Source: Gemmatimonadota bacterium
Lineage (GTDB): Bacteria > Gemmatimonadota > Gemmatimonadetes > Gemmatimonadales > GWC2-71-9
Length of the DNA: 43,146 nt
NCBI GenBank assembly: GCA_003220855.1
Contig: QHTP01000021.1
Coordinates: 1-43,146 of the forward strand
Direction: 5' to 3'
This document shows, piece after piece, positions 15,466-24,200 of this stretch. Position 1 is the first letter of the stretch. Every line of letters starts with the position of its first letter. Under the pieces are notes generated by a model. It did not search any database. It saw nothing but the letters and a program-made list of their open reading frames with translations, and was not told the origin of the DNA. Both the position numbers and the translations under genes were made by a program.

Positions 15466-16537
15466 GGATGGGGGCAAGGCGCTCCCGCAGCGACCGGGCC
15501 CGCCGGCCGGAGCGCGCCGCGAGCACCTCAGCGATCACTGCCAGGGCCACCTGTTCGGCGCCGTCGGTCCCGATGTCCAGGCCCACGGGGCCGTACACCC
15601 GAGCCTCGTCCACCGGGCCCTCCGCGGCGAGGTTCCGGAGGATGCGATCGGTGCGCTGGCGCGGGCCCAGCATGCCGATGTAGGACACGGGCGCCTTCAA
15701 GAGCGCGCGCAGGTACGCCTGATCGTCGGCGAAGTTGTGGTTCATCACGATCGTATAGCACTCTGCGTCGAGGGCCAGCGCCTCACCCAGCTCGTCTCCC
15801 GCGCTCGGCACCAGCGCCGCCGCACCGGGGAAGCGCTCACGGGTGAGAAATCCCGGCCGCCGATCGACCACCACGACCCGGAATCCGACGTCGGCCGCGA
15901 ACCGGACCAGTGGTCGGGCGTCGTCTCCCGCCCCCAGAACCACCAGCTGCGGCGGCGGCAGCAGGACGTCGAAGAACAGCGACCGGCCCGCAATCTCGTG
16001 GATCCCGGATTCTCCGGTCTCGAGCAGCTCGCGCGCACGCGCGCTCGCACCCCGGTTCAGGTCGGGCGACCCGAGGTCGCCCTCCGAGCCATCGTGGGTG
16101 ACGATCAGCCGTTTCCCCTTTCCCCTTTCCCCTTTCCCCGGCATCACACCGCAAGCCACGAAGGGTCGCCGTTCATCGAGGAGTGCCCGCTCCTTCGGCC
16201 GCGCCTCCGCCGGCTCCACATAGACATCGACTTGTCCTTCGCACCCCACGCCCAGGTCCCAGGCCGCGATTTCGTCGGCACTGGAGCAGTAGCTCCGCAG
16301 CTCGGGCGCTCCGCTGCGGATCACCTGCAGCGCCACCTCGCGCACGTCCTGCTCGAGGCAGCCGCCGCTCACGTTTCCCGCGCTGCTGCCGTCGCCCGCG
16401 ACGGCGAGCTTCGCGCCCTCGTGCCGGTACGCCGAGCCCCGTACCCGTACGACGGTCGCCAGCACGGCGGGCCGCCCGGCGCGGCGGGCCTCCGCCAGGA
16501 AATCGAGCACCTCGCGCGTTTCAAGCCATTGTTTCAT
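15449..16537 (-). CDS. xdhC: XdhC/CoxI-family molybdoenzyme maturation (accessory) protein
   Basis: N-terminal XdhC_CoxI block: RPAVLATVVRVRGSAYRHEGAKLAV...GNVSGGCLEQDV. C-terminal Rossmann-like block: QLVVLGAGDDARPLVRFAADVGFRVVVVDRRP...YIGMLGPRQR...GLDIG. SD GGGGAG precedes ATG 16537. Confidence 0.85.
   Translation of the reverse strand: MKQWLETREVLDFLAEARRAGRPAVLATVVRVRGSAYRHEGAKLAVAGDGSSAGNVSGGCLEQDVREVALQVIRSGAPELRSYCSSADEIAAWDLGVGCEGQVDVYVEPAEARPKERALLDERRPFVACGVMPGKGERGKGKRLIVTHDGSEGDLGSPDLNRGASARARELLETGESGIHEIAGRSLFFDVLLPPPQLVVLGAGDDARPLVRFAADVGFRVVVVDRRPGFLTRERFPGAAALVPSAGDELGEALALDAECYTIVMNHNFADDQAYLRALLKAPVSYIGMLGPRQRTDRILRNLAAEGPVDEARVYGPVGLDIGTDGAEQVALAVIAEVLAARSGRRARSLRERLAPIHAPTD
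16112..16139. repeat. perfect heptanucleotide tandem repeat (TTTCCCC)x4 inside xdhC
   Basis: Read directly: tttcccc tttcccc tttcccc tttcccc. On the coding (minus) strand it is (GGGGAAA)x4, encoding PGKGERGKGKR in the inter-domain linker. Confidence 0.95.
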
Positions 16538-16647
16538 GTGATCTCCCCTCGGGTAATCTAGCGACTGCGCGGGTCTTGCCTGGCGGGGGCTCCCGGCTAC
16601 CTTCTGCGTTGCAGCTACGCCGAACCATCTTCACGGAGGACCCGCCT

Positions 16648-17847
16648 GTGAACCGCACCGCCATGCTGCTGCTCGCCGCCGCCCTGCCCGCCGGGCTGCT
16701 CACCGCGCGCCGCGGCCCGGAAGACGAATCGGTCTTCGTCCGCGGCCTCCGGCCCGACCAGCACGAGTCCGTGCTGTACGTCTGGACCAGCGACGCCGAT
16801 CAGAACGATCCCGACTTTCTCACCGTGATCGACGCGAACCCCACGTCGTCGACCTACGGAACCATCATCGCGACGGCGCCCACGAGCGCCCCCGCCAACG
16901 AGGCGCACCACTTCGGGTATACCGTCAACGCCGACCGCATCTTCGCCGGTGGGCTGTTCTCCAACCGGCTGTTCATCTACGATGTCGCAACCGACCCGAA
17001 GCACCCCAAGCTCGTCAAGACGGTGCCCGACCTGGCGGCGAGCACCGGCTTCTCGGGGCCGCACACGTTCTACGCCGTGCCCGGCGGCGTGATGATCGCG
17101 ATGCTGGGCGCGAAGGACGGCGGCGCGCCTGGGGCGCTGGTCCAGCTCGACAACGACGGCAACTTCGTGAAGGCGCTCCCGGCGCCGAAGTACATGTACG
17201 ACGTGGGCATCAAGCCGGAGCTGAACCTCATCCTCACGTCGAGCTGGGCGCACCCGCACGCGGTCAAGGCCGGCAACACGCCGATGGACCAGGTGGGCGA
17301 CGAAGTGGTGGCCTGGGACTACAAGACCGGTAAAATCCTCCAGACCGAGCATCTCGACAAAGCCCCGCTCGAGGTGCGCTGGCTGCACGGCGCCGCGGCG
17401 CGCGGCGGCTTCATCAACTGCGCCTTCGGCAACAGCGTGTGGCACTGGGAAGTGGGAACGGACGGCAAGCTCGCGTTCACGCGCGTGATCAAGCTGGCCG
17501 ACAACGCGATCCCGGCGGACATGCGGATCTCCTACGACAACAAGTTCCTGTTCGTGTCCCTGTTCGGTGGCGGCGCTGTGCAGCAGTACGACATCGCCGA
17601 CCAAATGCACCCCAAGCTCGTGAGCACCGTGGCCTTCCCCCAGGCACAGATGATGAAGCTCACGCCCGACAACAAGCGCCTGTACGTGAGCAACTCGCTG
17701 CTCTCGAACCTCGACGGCAAGGTGCCCTACCGAGTGCGCCTCCTGAACGTCGGGCCCACGGGGATGACGTTCGACCCGAAGTTCGACGTGGACTTCGAGC
17801 ACCTGCCGACTGGGCAGGCACGGCCGCATGACATGCTCTTGAAATAG
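16648..17847 (+). CDS. selenium-binding protein (SBP56) family / methanethiol oxidase-like
   Basis: VLYVWTSDADQNDPDFLTVIDANPTSSTYGTIIATAPT...NEAHHFGY...RLFIYDV...SGPHTFY...LTSSWAHPH...ISYDNKFLFVSLFGGGAVQQYDI...PHDMLL. GTG 16648 lies 7 nt after SD GGAGGA. The 554-aa track ORF is over-extended. Confidence 0.8.
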   Translation: MNRTAMLLLAAALPAGLLTARRGPEDESVFVRGLRPDQHESVLYVWTSDADQNDPDFLTVIDANPTSSTYGTIIATAPTSAPANEAHHFGYTVNADRIFAGGLFSNRLFIYDVATDPKHPKLVKTVPDLAASTGFSGPHTFYAVPGGVMIAMLGAKDGGAPGALVQLDNDGNFVKALPAPKYMYDVGIKPELNLILTSSWAHPHAVKAGNTPMDQVGDEVVAWDYKTGKILQTEHLDKAPLEVRWLHGAAARGGFINCAFGNSVWHWEVGTDGKLAFTRVIKLADNAIPADMRISYDNKFLFVSLFGGGAVQQYDIADQMHPKLVSTVAFPQAQMMKLTPDNKRLYVSNSLLSNLDGKVPYRVRLLNVGPTGMTFDPKFDVDFEHLPTGQARPHDMLLK

Positions 17848-17898
17848 CAATGGCGTAGCAAAGCGGCATCACGGAAAGACGTCACGGAGAAACGTGCG

Positions 17899-17994
17899 TC
17901 AGAACCGGAAGCTCAGACCCGTGAACATCTGGTCGTAGCCGTCGAGGCCAGCGCCTGCCGGAGTACACCAAGTCCGGCAGGTTAAAGGTGATCT
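17899..17994 (-). pseudogene. 3'-terminal remnant of an outer-membrane beta-barrel gene
   Basis: My own minus-strand translation between in-frame stops gives ...AGAGLDGYDQMFTGLSFRF*, the classic OMP C-terminal signature (aromatic terminal residue, alternating hydrophobics). Only about 30 codons are open. Confidence 0.4.
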
Positions 17995-18203
17995 TCAATT
18001 CGCAGCCGGTGGAGATTCGGGAGAAGTCCGTGTTGCTGGAGATCGCCGGCCAGGTGCGGGAGATCCCGAACGACTACGTGTGGGTGTTCGCCGGCGGGAC
18101 GCCCCCCAACGAGTTTCTGCAAAAGGTCGGCGTCCAGCTCGGGCCACGGGACCTGACTCGCGAAGGGAGCGCGGAAGCGAAGCTCGCACGCCGCACGGCG
18201 TGA
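17925..18203 (+). pseudogene. C-terminal remnant of an FAD/NAD(P)-dependent pyridine-nucleotide-disulfide oxidoreductase
   Basis: ...LPEYTKSGRLKVIFNSQPVEIREKSVLLEIAGQVREIPNDYVWVFAGGTPPNEFLQKVGVQL resembles the last ~70 aa of thioredoxin-reductase-like flavoproteins. No Rossmann N-terminal part exists upstream (in-frame stop at 17922-17924). Confidence 0.45.
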
Positions 18204-18240
18204 CCTTCCCCAAGCCGGCTCCCGGCTAGATTGAAGGGCG

Positions 18241-18927
18241 ATGCCATCCGGCCCCGCGTTCCTCTTCGATCTCGACGGCACGCTCATCGACAGCGTGTAC
18301 CAGCACGTGCTCGCGTGGCGCGAGGCGTTGGAGAGCGTGGGGATCGAGCTCTCCGTGTGGCGCATCCACCGCCGCATGGGCATGAGCGGCGGCTTGTTCG
18401 TCAACGCCCTGCTCCGCGAGACGGGACGCGACTTGAAGCCGGAACAGGCGGCGCAGATCCGTCGCGTCCATGGCGAGGCCTACGCGCGCCAGGTGTCGCA
18501 GGTGCGTCCCCTCCCCGGCGCACGGGAGCTCCTCGCCTATCTCACGCAGGCGGGCGTCCCGTGGGCGATCGGGACGAGCGGTCGGATGGAGAGCGCCAAG
18601 CCCAACCTCGACATGCTGGCCATCCCCGCCGGCGTCCCGATCGTGACCCGCGACCAGGTGGAGCACGCGAAGCCCGACCCCGATCTGTTCCTCGCCGGGG
18701 CCGAGCGGCTCGGCGTGCCGATCGACGAGTCGATCGTGGTCGGGGACAGCGTGTGGGACCTCCTGGCGGCGCGTCGCGCGCGTGCGATCGGCGTGGGGCT
18801 GTTGTCCGGCGGGTATGGCGAAGAAGAGCTCGAGCGGGCCGGCGCGTATCGGGTGTATCAGGACCCCGCCGACCTGCTCAATCACCTCGACGAGGTCGGC
18901 GTGCGCCTGGGCAGCACGTCTCCGTAG
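18241..18927 (+). CDS. HAD-IA family hydrolase (phosphoglycolate phosphatase-like)
   Basis: FLFDLDGTLIDS (motif I DxDGT), AIGTSG (motif II), KPDPDLF and VVGDSVWDLLAA (motifs III/IV). Confidence 0.85.
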   Translation: MPSGPAFLFDLDGTLIDSVYQHVLAWREALESVGIELSVWRIHRRMGMSGGLFVNALLRETGRDLKPEQAAQIRRVHGEAYARQVSQVRPLPGARELLAYLTQAGVPWAIGTSGRMESAKPNLDMLAIPAGVPIVTRDQVEHAKPDPDLFLAGAERLGVPIDESIVVGDSVWDLLAARRARAIGVGLLSGGYGEEELERAGAYRVYQDPADLLNHLDEVGVRLGSTSP

Positions 18928-18928
18928 G

Positions 18929-20068
18929 TCATCCAGAGAAGTGCTCGTCCTCCCGCCCGGGCGGTGAGGAGGGCAGCTGCACCACGCGGTCCCACGCGCT
19001 CGTCTGCCAGTTGTCGGGCCGGTCGCGCTCGCGCACCCAGGGCGGCAGGGGCAGCGCGAGGTGACCGGAGAGGGCCTCGACATAGGGCTCGTACATGCGG
19101 CGCAGGTCGGTGAGCCGCTCCTCGAAGTCGGCCCGGGCCCTGAGCACCAGGCCGCCGCCCGCGAGCCGATCGCGTAGCCGCGCCAGCTGTGCCGCCGCCA
19201 ACCGCTCCTCCGGCCGCCGCGGGGGCGTGCTATACACCTGCGCCAGGTCGACGACCGCGTGGCGCGCCATGGCGAACGTCAGCTCCGCCTGACGCACGCA
19301 CCACCCCTCGAGCCCCACGATCACGAGCGCGCTCGCGTCCAGGATGGTCGTGAGGGCCGCCACCCACGACTCGTTGTAGTGCTGCGACCGGAAGTAGCCG
19401 AGCGGTGGATAGGACAGGTGGCTCTCGAGCACGTCGGCGGCCCAGCGCTCCCACTCCTTGAGAAGCTCGACCAGGGCCGCGGCGCGCGGATCCGCCCGGT
19501 GTCGCCACAGGAGCTCCCCCGCGCTGGGCGGCGAGCCGGCGCGCGCGTCGAGCAGGGAGATGGCGACCTCGCGCCGGGAGAACGCCTGATAGATCACCGG
19601 AAAGTATCCGATCACCGCGGCGAGGAACGCGAATCCGGTTCCCGCCTCGACGACGGTGATGGTCTTGGCGAACGCGCTGCGGGGCACTACGTCTCCGAGG
19701 CCGAGCGTGAAGAACGTCGTACCGCTCATGTACACATCCGACCAAAACCCGGTGCCGCCTCCGCCCGCCACCGTCATCGCCGAGCCCGCGGCCCATTGCA
19801 ACAGCCCGAACGAGACGACGCTGCCCGCCGCCCACAGGGCGAGCAGCGCGATGAGCGAGAGCGGCCCGTAAAAGGAAAGAAACGCCTCCCGGCGCCGGCC
19901 CGTGAGCAGCCGCGCGGTGGCGCGCCACGGTGCCCAAGTGTACCGGTAGAACAGCTTGGTGAGGCGGATCCGCCCGCTCACCCGACGCGGCAGGATGATG
20001 GTCTCGAACGCATCCCACAGCACCACGGCGAGCACCACCACGCCCGCCACACCCCCGATCCACCTCAT
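18929..20068 (-). CDS. two-TM potassium-channel-like protein with large cytoplasmic C-terminal domain
   Basis: TM1 (GVAGVVVLAVVLW), a pore helix with filter-like SGTTFFTLGLGDVVP (TxGxGD), TM2 (GTGFAFLAAVIGYFPVIY), then about 210 aa of uncharacterised soluble sequence. Confidence 0.6.
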   Translation of the reverse strand: MRWIGGVAGVVVLAVVLWDAFETIILPRRVSGRIRLTKLFYRYTWAPWRATARLLTGRRREAFLSFYGPLSLIALLALWAAGSVVSFGLLQWAAGSAMTVAGGGGTGFWSDVYMSGTTFFTLGLGDVVPRSAFAKTITVVEAGTGFAFLAAVIGYFPVIYQAFSRREVAISLLDARAGSPPSAGELLWRHRADPRAAALVELLKEWERWAADVLESHLSYPPLGYFRSQHYNESWVAALTTILDASALVIVGLEGWCVRQAELTFAMARHAVVDLAQVYSTPPRRPEERLAAAQLARLRDRLAGGGLVLRARADFEERLTDLRRMYEPYVEALSGHLALPLPPWVRERDRPDNWQTSAWDRVVQLPSSPPGREDEHFSG

Positions 20069-20158
20069 GTCCGCCGCTCCACCCCTCGGAAAGGATGACT
20101 AAACTGCCGGCCTGGGCCGCCGCTGGCGAGTCTCGCGCGCGGCCCGTAAACTTGCTCG

Positions 20159-21229
20159 GTGAGCTTCGACCGGGTGACGCGCACCTGCGGCGCTGCGCTC
20201 ACTGCCCTGGTGGGCGTGTGCATCGCCACGGGTCTGTCGGCAAGCCAGACACCGGCCGACTCCGCGCCCAGCCGCGCCCGGGACCGCCTGTTCGAAGCGA
20301 GCGAGCCACTCGAGCTCACCCTGAAAGCCGACTTCGGGGCCATCAACAAGAATCGCGGCAACGATAAGCCGAACCACCCCGGTGTGCTCTCCTACACCAC
20401 GGCGGCGGGCGATTCCGTGGTGCTGGACGTGCAGCTGCACACCCGCGGCCACTTCCGGCTGGCCCGGTGCCAGTATCCACCGCTCAAGATCGTCTTTAAC
20501 CGCGAGCAGGCGGCGCACACCACCTTCGCTCACCAGGGGAGCCTCAAGCTCGCCGTGCAGTGTCGGGGCGGCCAAGGGTACGCGAACTACCTGCTGGAAG
20601 AGTCCCTCATCTACCGCGCCTACAACCTGCTCACCGATCGAAGCTTCCGGGTGCGCCTGGCACACGTCACGTATGTGGACGCGACCGGCAAGCACGCACC
20701 CGAGACGCGGCGCGCGTTTTTCATCGAGGACGACGACCGCATGGCGCGGCGCAACAATACGAAGGTGTTCGAGCAGAAGGGCGTCACCCAGGGCGAGCTC
20801 GACTTCGACCAGACGGGGCTGGCGATGGTGTTCCAGTACATGATCGGTAACACGGACTTCGCCGTGACGGCGCTGCACAACATCGTGCTCATTCGTGATT
20901 CCCTCGAGACGGTGTATCCGGTGCCGTACGATTTCGACTGGTCCGGCGTCATCTCGACGCCGTACGCCCAGCCCGATTCGCGGCTCGGGATCCGCGACGT
21001 GCGCCAGCGCCTGTTTCGCGGCGAGTGCCGCTCGCCGGAGGAGCTCGCCAGCCTGTTCGCTCGCTTCAACGCCCAGAAGGAGGCGATCTACGCGCTGTAC
21101 CGCGGGATGGCCGCCGAGGGACTCGAGCCGAAACGGATCGCCCAGGCGCTCGATTACTACGACGACTTCTTCAAGACCATCAACGACCCCGGTCGCACGC
21201 GTCGCGAGTTCACACTGGTGTGCCGGTGA
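20159..21229 (+). CDS. secreted CotH-like (atypical kinase-fold) protein, function unknown
   Basis: Signal-like CGAALTALVGVCIATGLSAS. The pattern VQLHTRGHFRLARCQYPPLKIVF...LKLAVQCRGGQGYANYLLEESLIYRAYNLL...VRLAHVTYVD...FFIEDDD and QYMIGNTDFAVTALHNIVLIRD...VYPVPYDFDWSGV resembles CotH family blocks. GTG start. This is recognition by eye only. Confidence 0.4.
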   Translation: MSFDRVTRTCGAALTALVGVCIATGLSASQTPADSAPSRARDRLFEASEPLELTLKADFGAINKNRGNDKPNHPGVLSYTTAAGDSVVLDVQLHTRGHFRLARCQYPPLKIVFNREQAAHTTFAHQGSLKLAVQCRGGQGYANYLLEESLIYRAYNLLTDRSFRVRLAHVTYVDATGKHAPETRRAFFIEDDDRMARRNNTKVFEQKGVTQGELDFDQTGLAMVFQYMIGNTDFAVTALHNIVLIRDSLETVYPVPYDFDWSGVISTPYAQPDSRLGIRDVRQRLFRGECRSPEELASLFARFNAQKEAIYALYRGMAAEGLEPKRIAQALDYYDDFFKTINDPGRTRREFTLVCR

Positions 21230-21233
21230 CGAC

Positions 21234-24200
21234 GTGGCCGCCGTGACCGAGCCGCGCTGGGACGTGCCGAGTGCCGCACGCCTGGCCGAGCTGGTCGTCG
21301 CGCCACTGCCGCTCGGCCTCACCCCCGGACCGTCGCGGCGCACGTTTCACCGGGACCTGTATTTCGACACGCCGGCCGGCGACCTGCGCCGCCGCGGCAT
21401 CACCTGCCGCATGCGCTTCGATCTGGACGATCGGCGCGCGCTCGCCCTCGACGTGGGCGCGGTCCGCTACGTTGCCCCGGTCGTCGAGCTCGAGCCGCGT
21501 GAGGCGTTCCGCGGGGACGCGGAGCCGGCGCGTCGGCTGCGGGCGCTGGTCGACCCGGAGCGGCTGGTGCTCGGCTGCGAGCTCGAGGTCGAGCGCGAGC
21601 TGCGCGACGCCCGCCTCCCGGTCGTGCCGCTGCCGCAGTTCGAGGTCGGGTACGACACGGTGACGGTGCGCGGGACCGATCCGCCGCCCGTGTTCTACGA
21701 GCTGGCGATCACCCACCGCCCCTGGTGCGTGATCCCGGCGGGGCGCTTCGCCCGCTCGCTCGAGCGCCGCTACGGCCTCGCGCGCTCCTCGCTCGACTGG
21801 GCGGAGCGGGCCCGAACGCTGCGCCTCGCGCTCGCTACGGCGGACGGCCCCACCCAACAAGCCCGCCAGATCGCCGTGCTCGCGGTCGCGCATGGGCGGC
21901 TGGCGCTGTGGCGGAGCGGCGCCGCGCTCGAGCTGCCGCTCGAGCCGGGCGGCGGCGAGGAGGCATGTCGCCGAGCCATGCGCCGCCTGTTCGGGAACAT
22001 CGAAGGTGAGACCCGTCTGATCGGCGTGGTCCGGGCGGCGGACCGGCGTCCCGCGGTCGAGGTGTGGCTGGTGCGGCGCCTGCGCCGCAACCTCACCGCG
22101 GCGCCGCCCGGCGGGCTGCAATGGTTCACGCCGGCGGACGTCGTCGCGCGAGTGGGCTCGCCCGTGTTACGGGATCCGACGACGCTCTCGGCCTTGGCGG
22201 TCGCGGCCCGCTCGGAGCTCGTGCCGGAATGGTCCGCGGCGCCACTCGCGCCGGCGCAGCCGACGGGCCTCGCCGGCGGTACGACCGACGAGTCCAGCCG
22301 GCTCACCTTGAGCGAGCTGCGCGTGCCGGTGCTGCCGTCCCGGGCCCTCGACGCCGCGCGGCAGACGCCCGACCACTTCGTCAACGCGCTGCTCTCCTCG
22401 CTCGAGTTCAACGTCCGGGTGCTCGAGCTGGCCGAAGATCCCCGCGTCCCGCTGCTCGCACGGCTGCGCTTCCTCGCGATCGTCAGCACGAACCTGGATC
22501 AGTTCTTCATGGTCGACGTCGGCTCGCTGCAGCACCAGGTGGCGGCCGGCGTCGTGGAGCGCTCTCCCGACGGCCTCACGCCGGCCGAGCAGCTCGACGC
22601 CATCGCGATCCGCCTGCATCCGCTCATCGCGCGGCAGTATCGCTGCTTTCACGACCTTGTGGGGGGGCCGCTCGCCGCGCAGGGCATCCGCATCCGCGAC
22701 TGGACGGCGCTCGACCCGGGGGAGCGCGCCGCGCTGGCGCGCCGCTTCACAGATGACGTGGCGCCGCTGCTCACGCCCAAGGCGCTCACCCGCGCCCCCG
22801 GACACGCCTTTCCCCACCTCGCCGACCGCCGCCTGAGCCTGGCGGTCATGCTGCGGGACGGGCCGGACGGCCCGCCTCACTTCGCGACGGTCGAGCTGCC
22901 GCCGTCTCTGCCCCGGTTCCTGGCCGTGGGCGGGGACGGTGGCGGGGTGGTCGCGCTCGAGACGGCGGTGCGCGCTCACCTGGGCACGCTGTTCCCCGGG
23001 CGCGAGATCCTGGAAGCACACGCCTTCCGCGTGACGCGCAGCGGGGACATTCAGCTGGACGAGCTCGGCGCGGCGAGCTTCGTGCAGGCGGTCGCCGAGG
23101 AGGTGCGGCGGCGACCGTGGGGTCCGGTGGTGCGTCTCGAGGTCGAGCGCGCGATGCCCCCGGCGCTGCGTGAGCTGCTGCAGCGCGAGCTGCGCTTCGA
23201 GGAAAGCGAGCTCGCGAGCGCGCTCGGACCGTCGGACGTCTACGCGGCGGACGGGCCGGTGCATCTCGGCGCCGTCACCGAGCTGGCCGGCGCGCACCCC
23301 CGCCCGGAGCTCGACTATCCCCCGCTCGCCCCCCGCGATCCATTTCCCGCCGGACGCAGCGTGTTCGACACGCTCGACTCGGGCGACGTCCTGGTGCACC
23401 ACCCGTTCGACGGGTTCGCCGCCAGCTTCGAGCGCTTCATCGCCGAGGCGGCGGACGATCCCGCCGTCGCCGCCATCAAGCTCACGCTGTATCGGCCCGG
23501 CGGGCCGTCGGCGCTGGGAGACGCGCTGCGGCACGCCGCCGCTCGCGGCAAGGACGTATCGGTGTTCGTCGAGCTAAAGGCGCGGTTCGACGAGGAACTG
23601 AACATCGGCTGGGCGCAGAGCCTCGAGGCGGCGGGCATCCACGTCATCACCGGCGTCGCCACGCTCAAGACCCACGCGAAGATCGCCCTCGTCATCCGGC
23701 GGACGGGCGGCCACACGCGGCGCTATGCCCACCTGGGGAGCGGCAACTACAACCCCGACACCGCCAGGCTGTACACCGATCTGGGGCTGTTCACCGCGGA
23801 TGAAGAGATCACGGCCGATCTGCACGCGCTCTTCAACGAGCTCACGGGCTCCGCGCGCGCCCCGCGGGCGGCGTTCCGGCGGCTGCTCGTCGCACCGACC
23901 AACATGCTCGACCGTTTCCTCGCCCTCATCGCGCGCGAGGCGGAGCACGCCCGCGCCGGGCGCGGCGGGCGCATCCGCGCCAAGCTCAACGGCCTCGCCG
24001 ACTGCAGCGTGATCGGTGCGCTGTACCGCGCGTCGCAGGCCGGCGTGGACGTGCGTCTCGTGGTGCGGGGGGTGTGTATGCTGCGCCCGGGCGTGCCGAG
24101 GCTGTCCGAGCGGATCAAGGTGGTGAGCGTGCTGGGTCGCTTCCTCGAGCACGCGCGCATCTATCACTTCGAAAACGGGGGAGCCCCGGAGTATTACATC

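Noticed and set aside
16112-16139. Possible CRISPR or minisatellite array
   Set aside because: Only a 7-bp unit in 4 copies with no spacers, inside a CDS. It is a microsatellite, not a CRISPR. No other repeat-spacer structure was seen anywhere in the window.
16615-17850. 411-aa minus-strand ORF opposite the SBP56 gene
   Set aside because: Low-complexity R/H/V/G-rich translation with no motifs. The plus-strand frame has clear SBP56 blocks and an SD-GTG start.
20099-21343. 414-aa minus-strand ORF opposite the CotH-like gene
   Set aside because: Antisense shadow typical of a 70% GC genome. There are no recognisable motifs, and the plus frame gives a signal peptide and conserved blocks.
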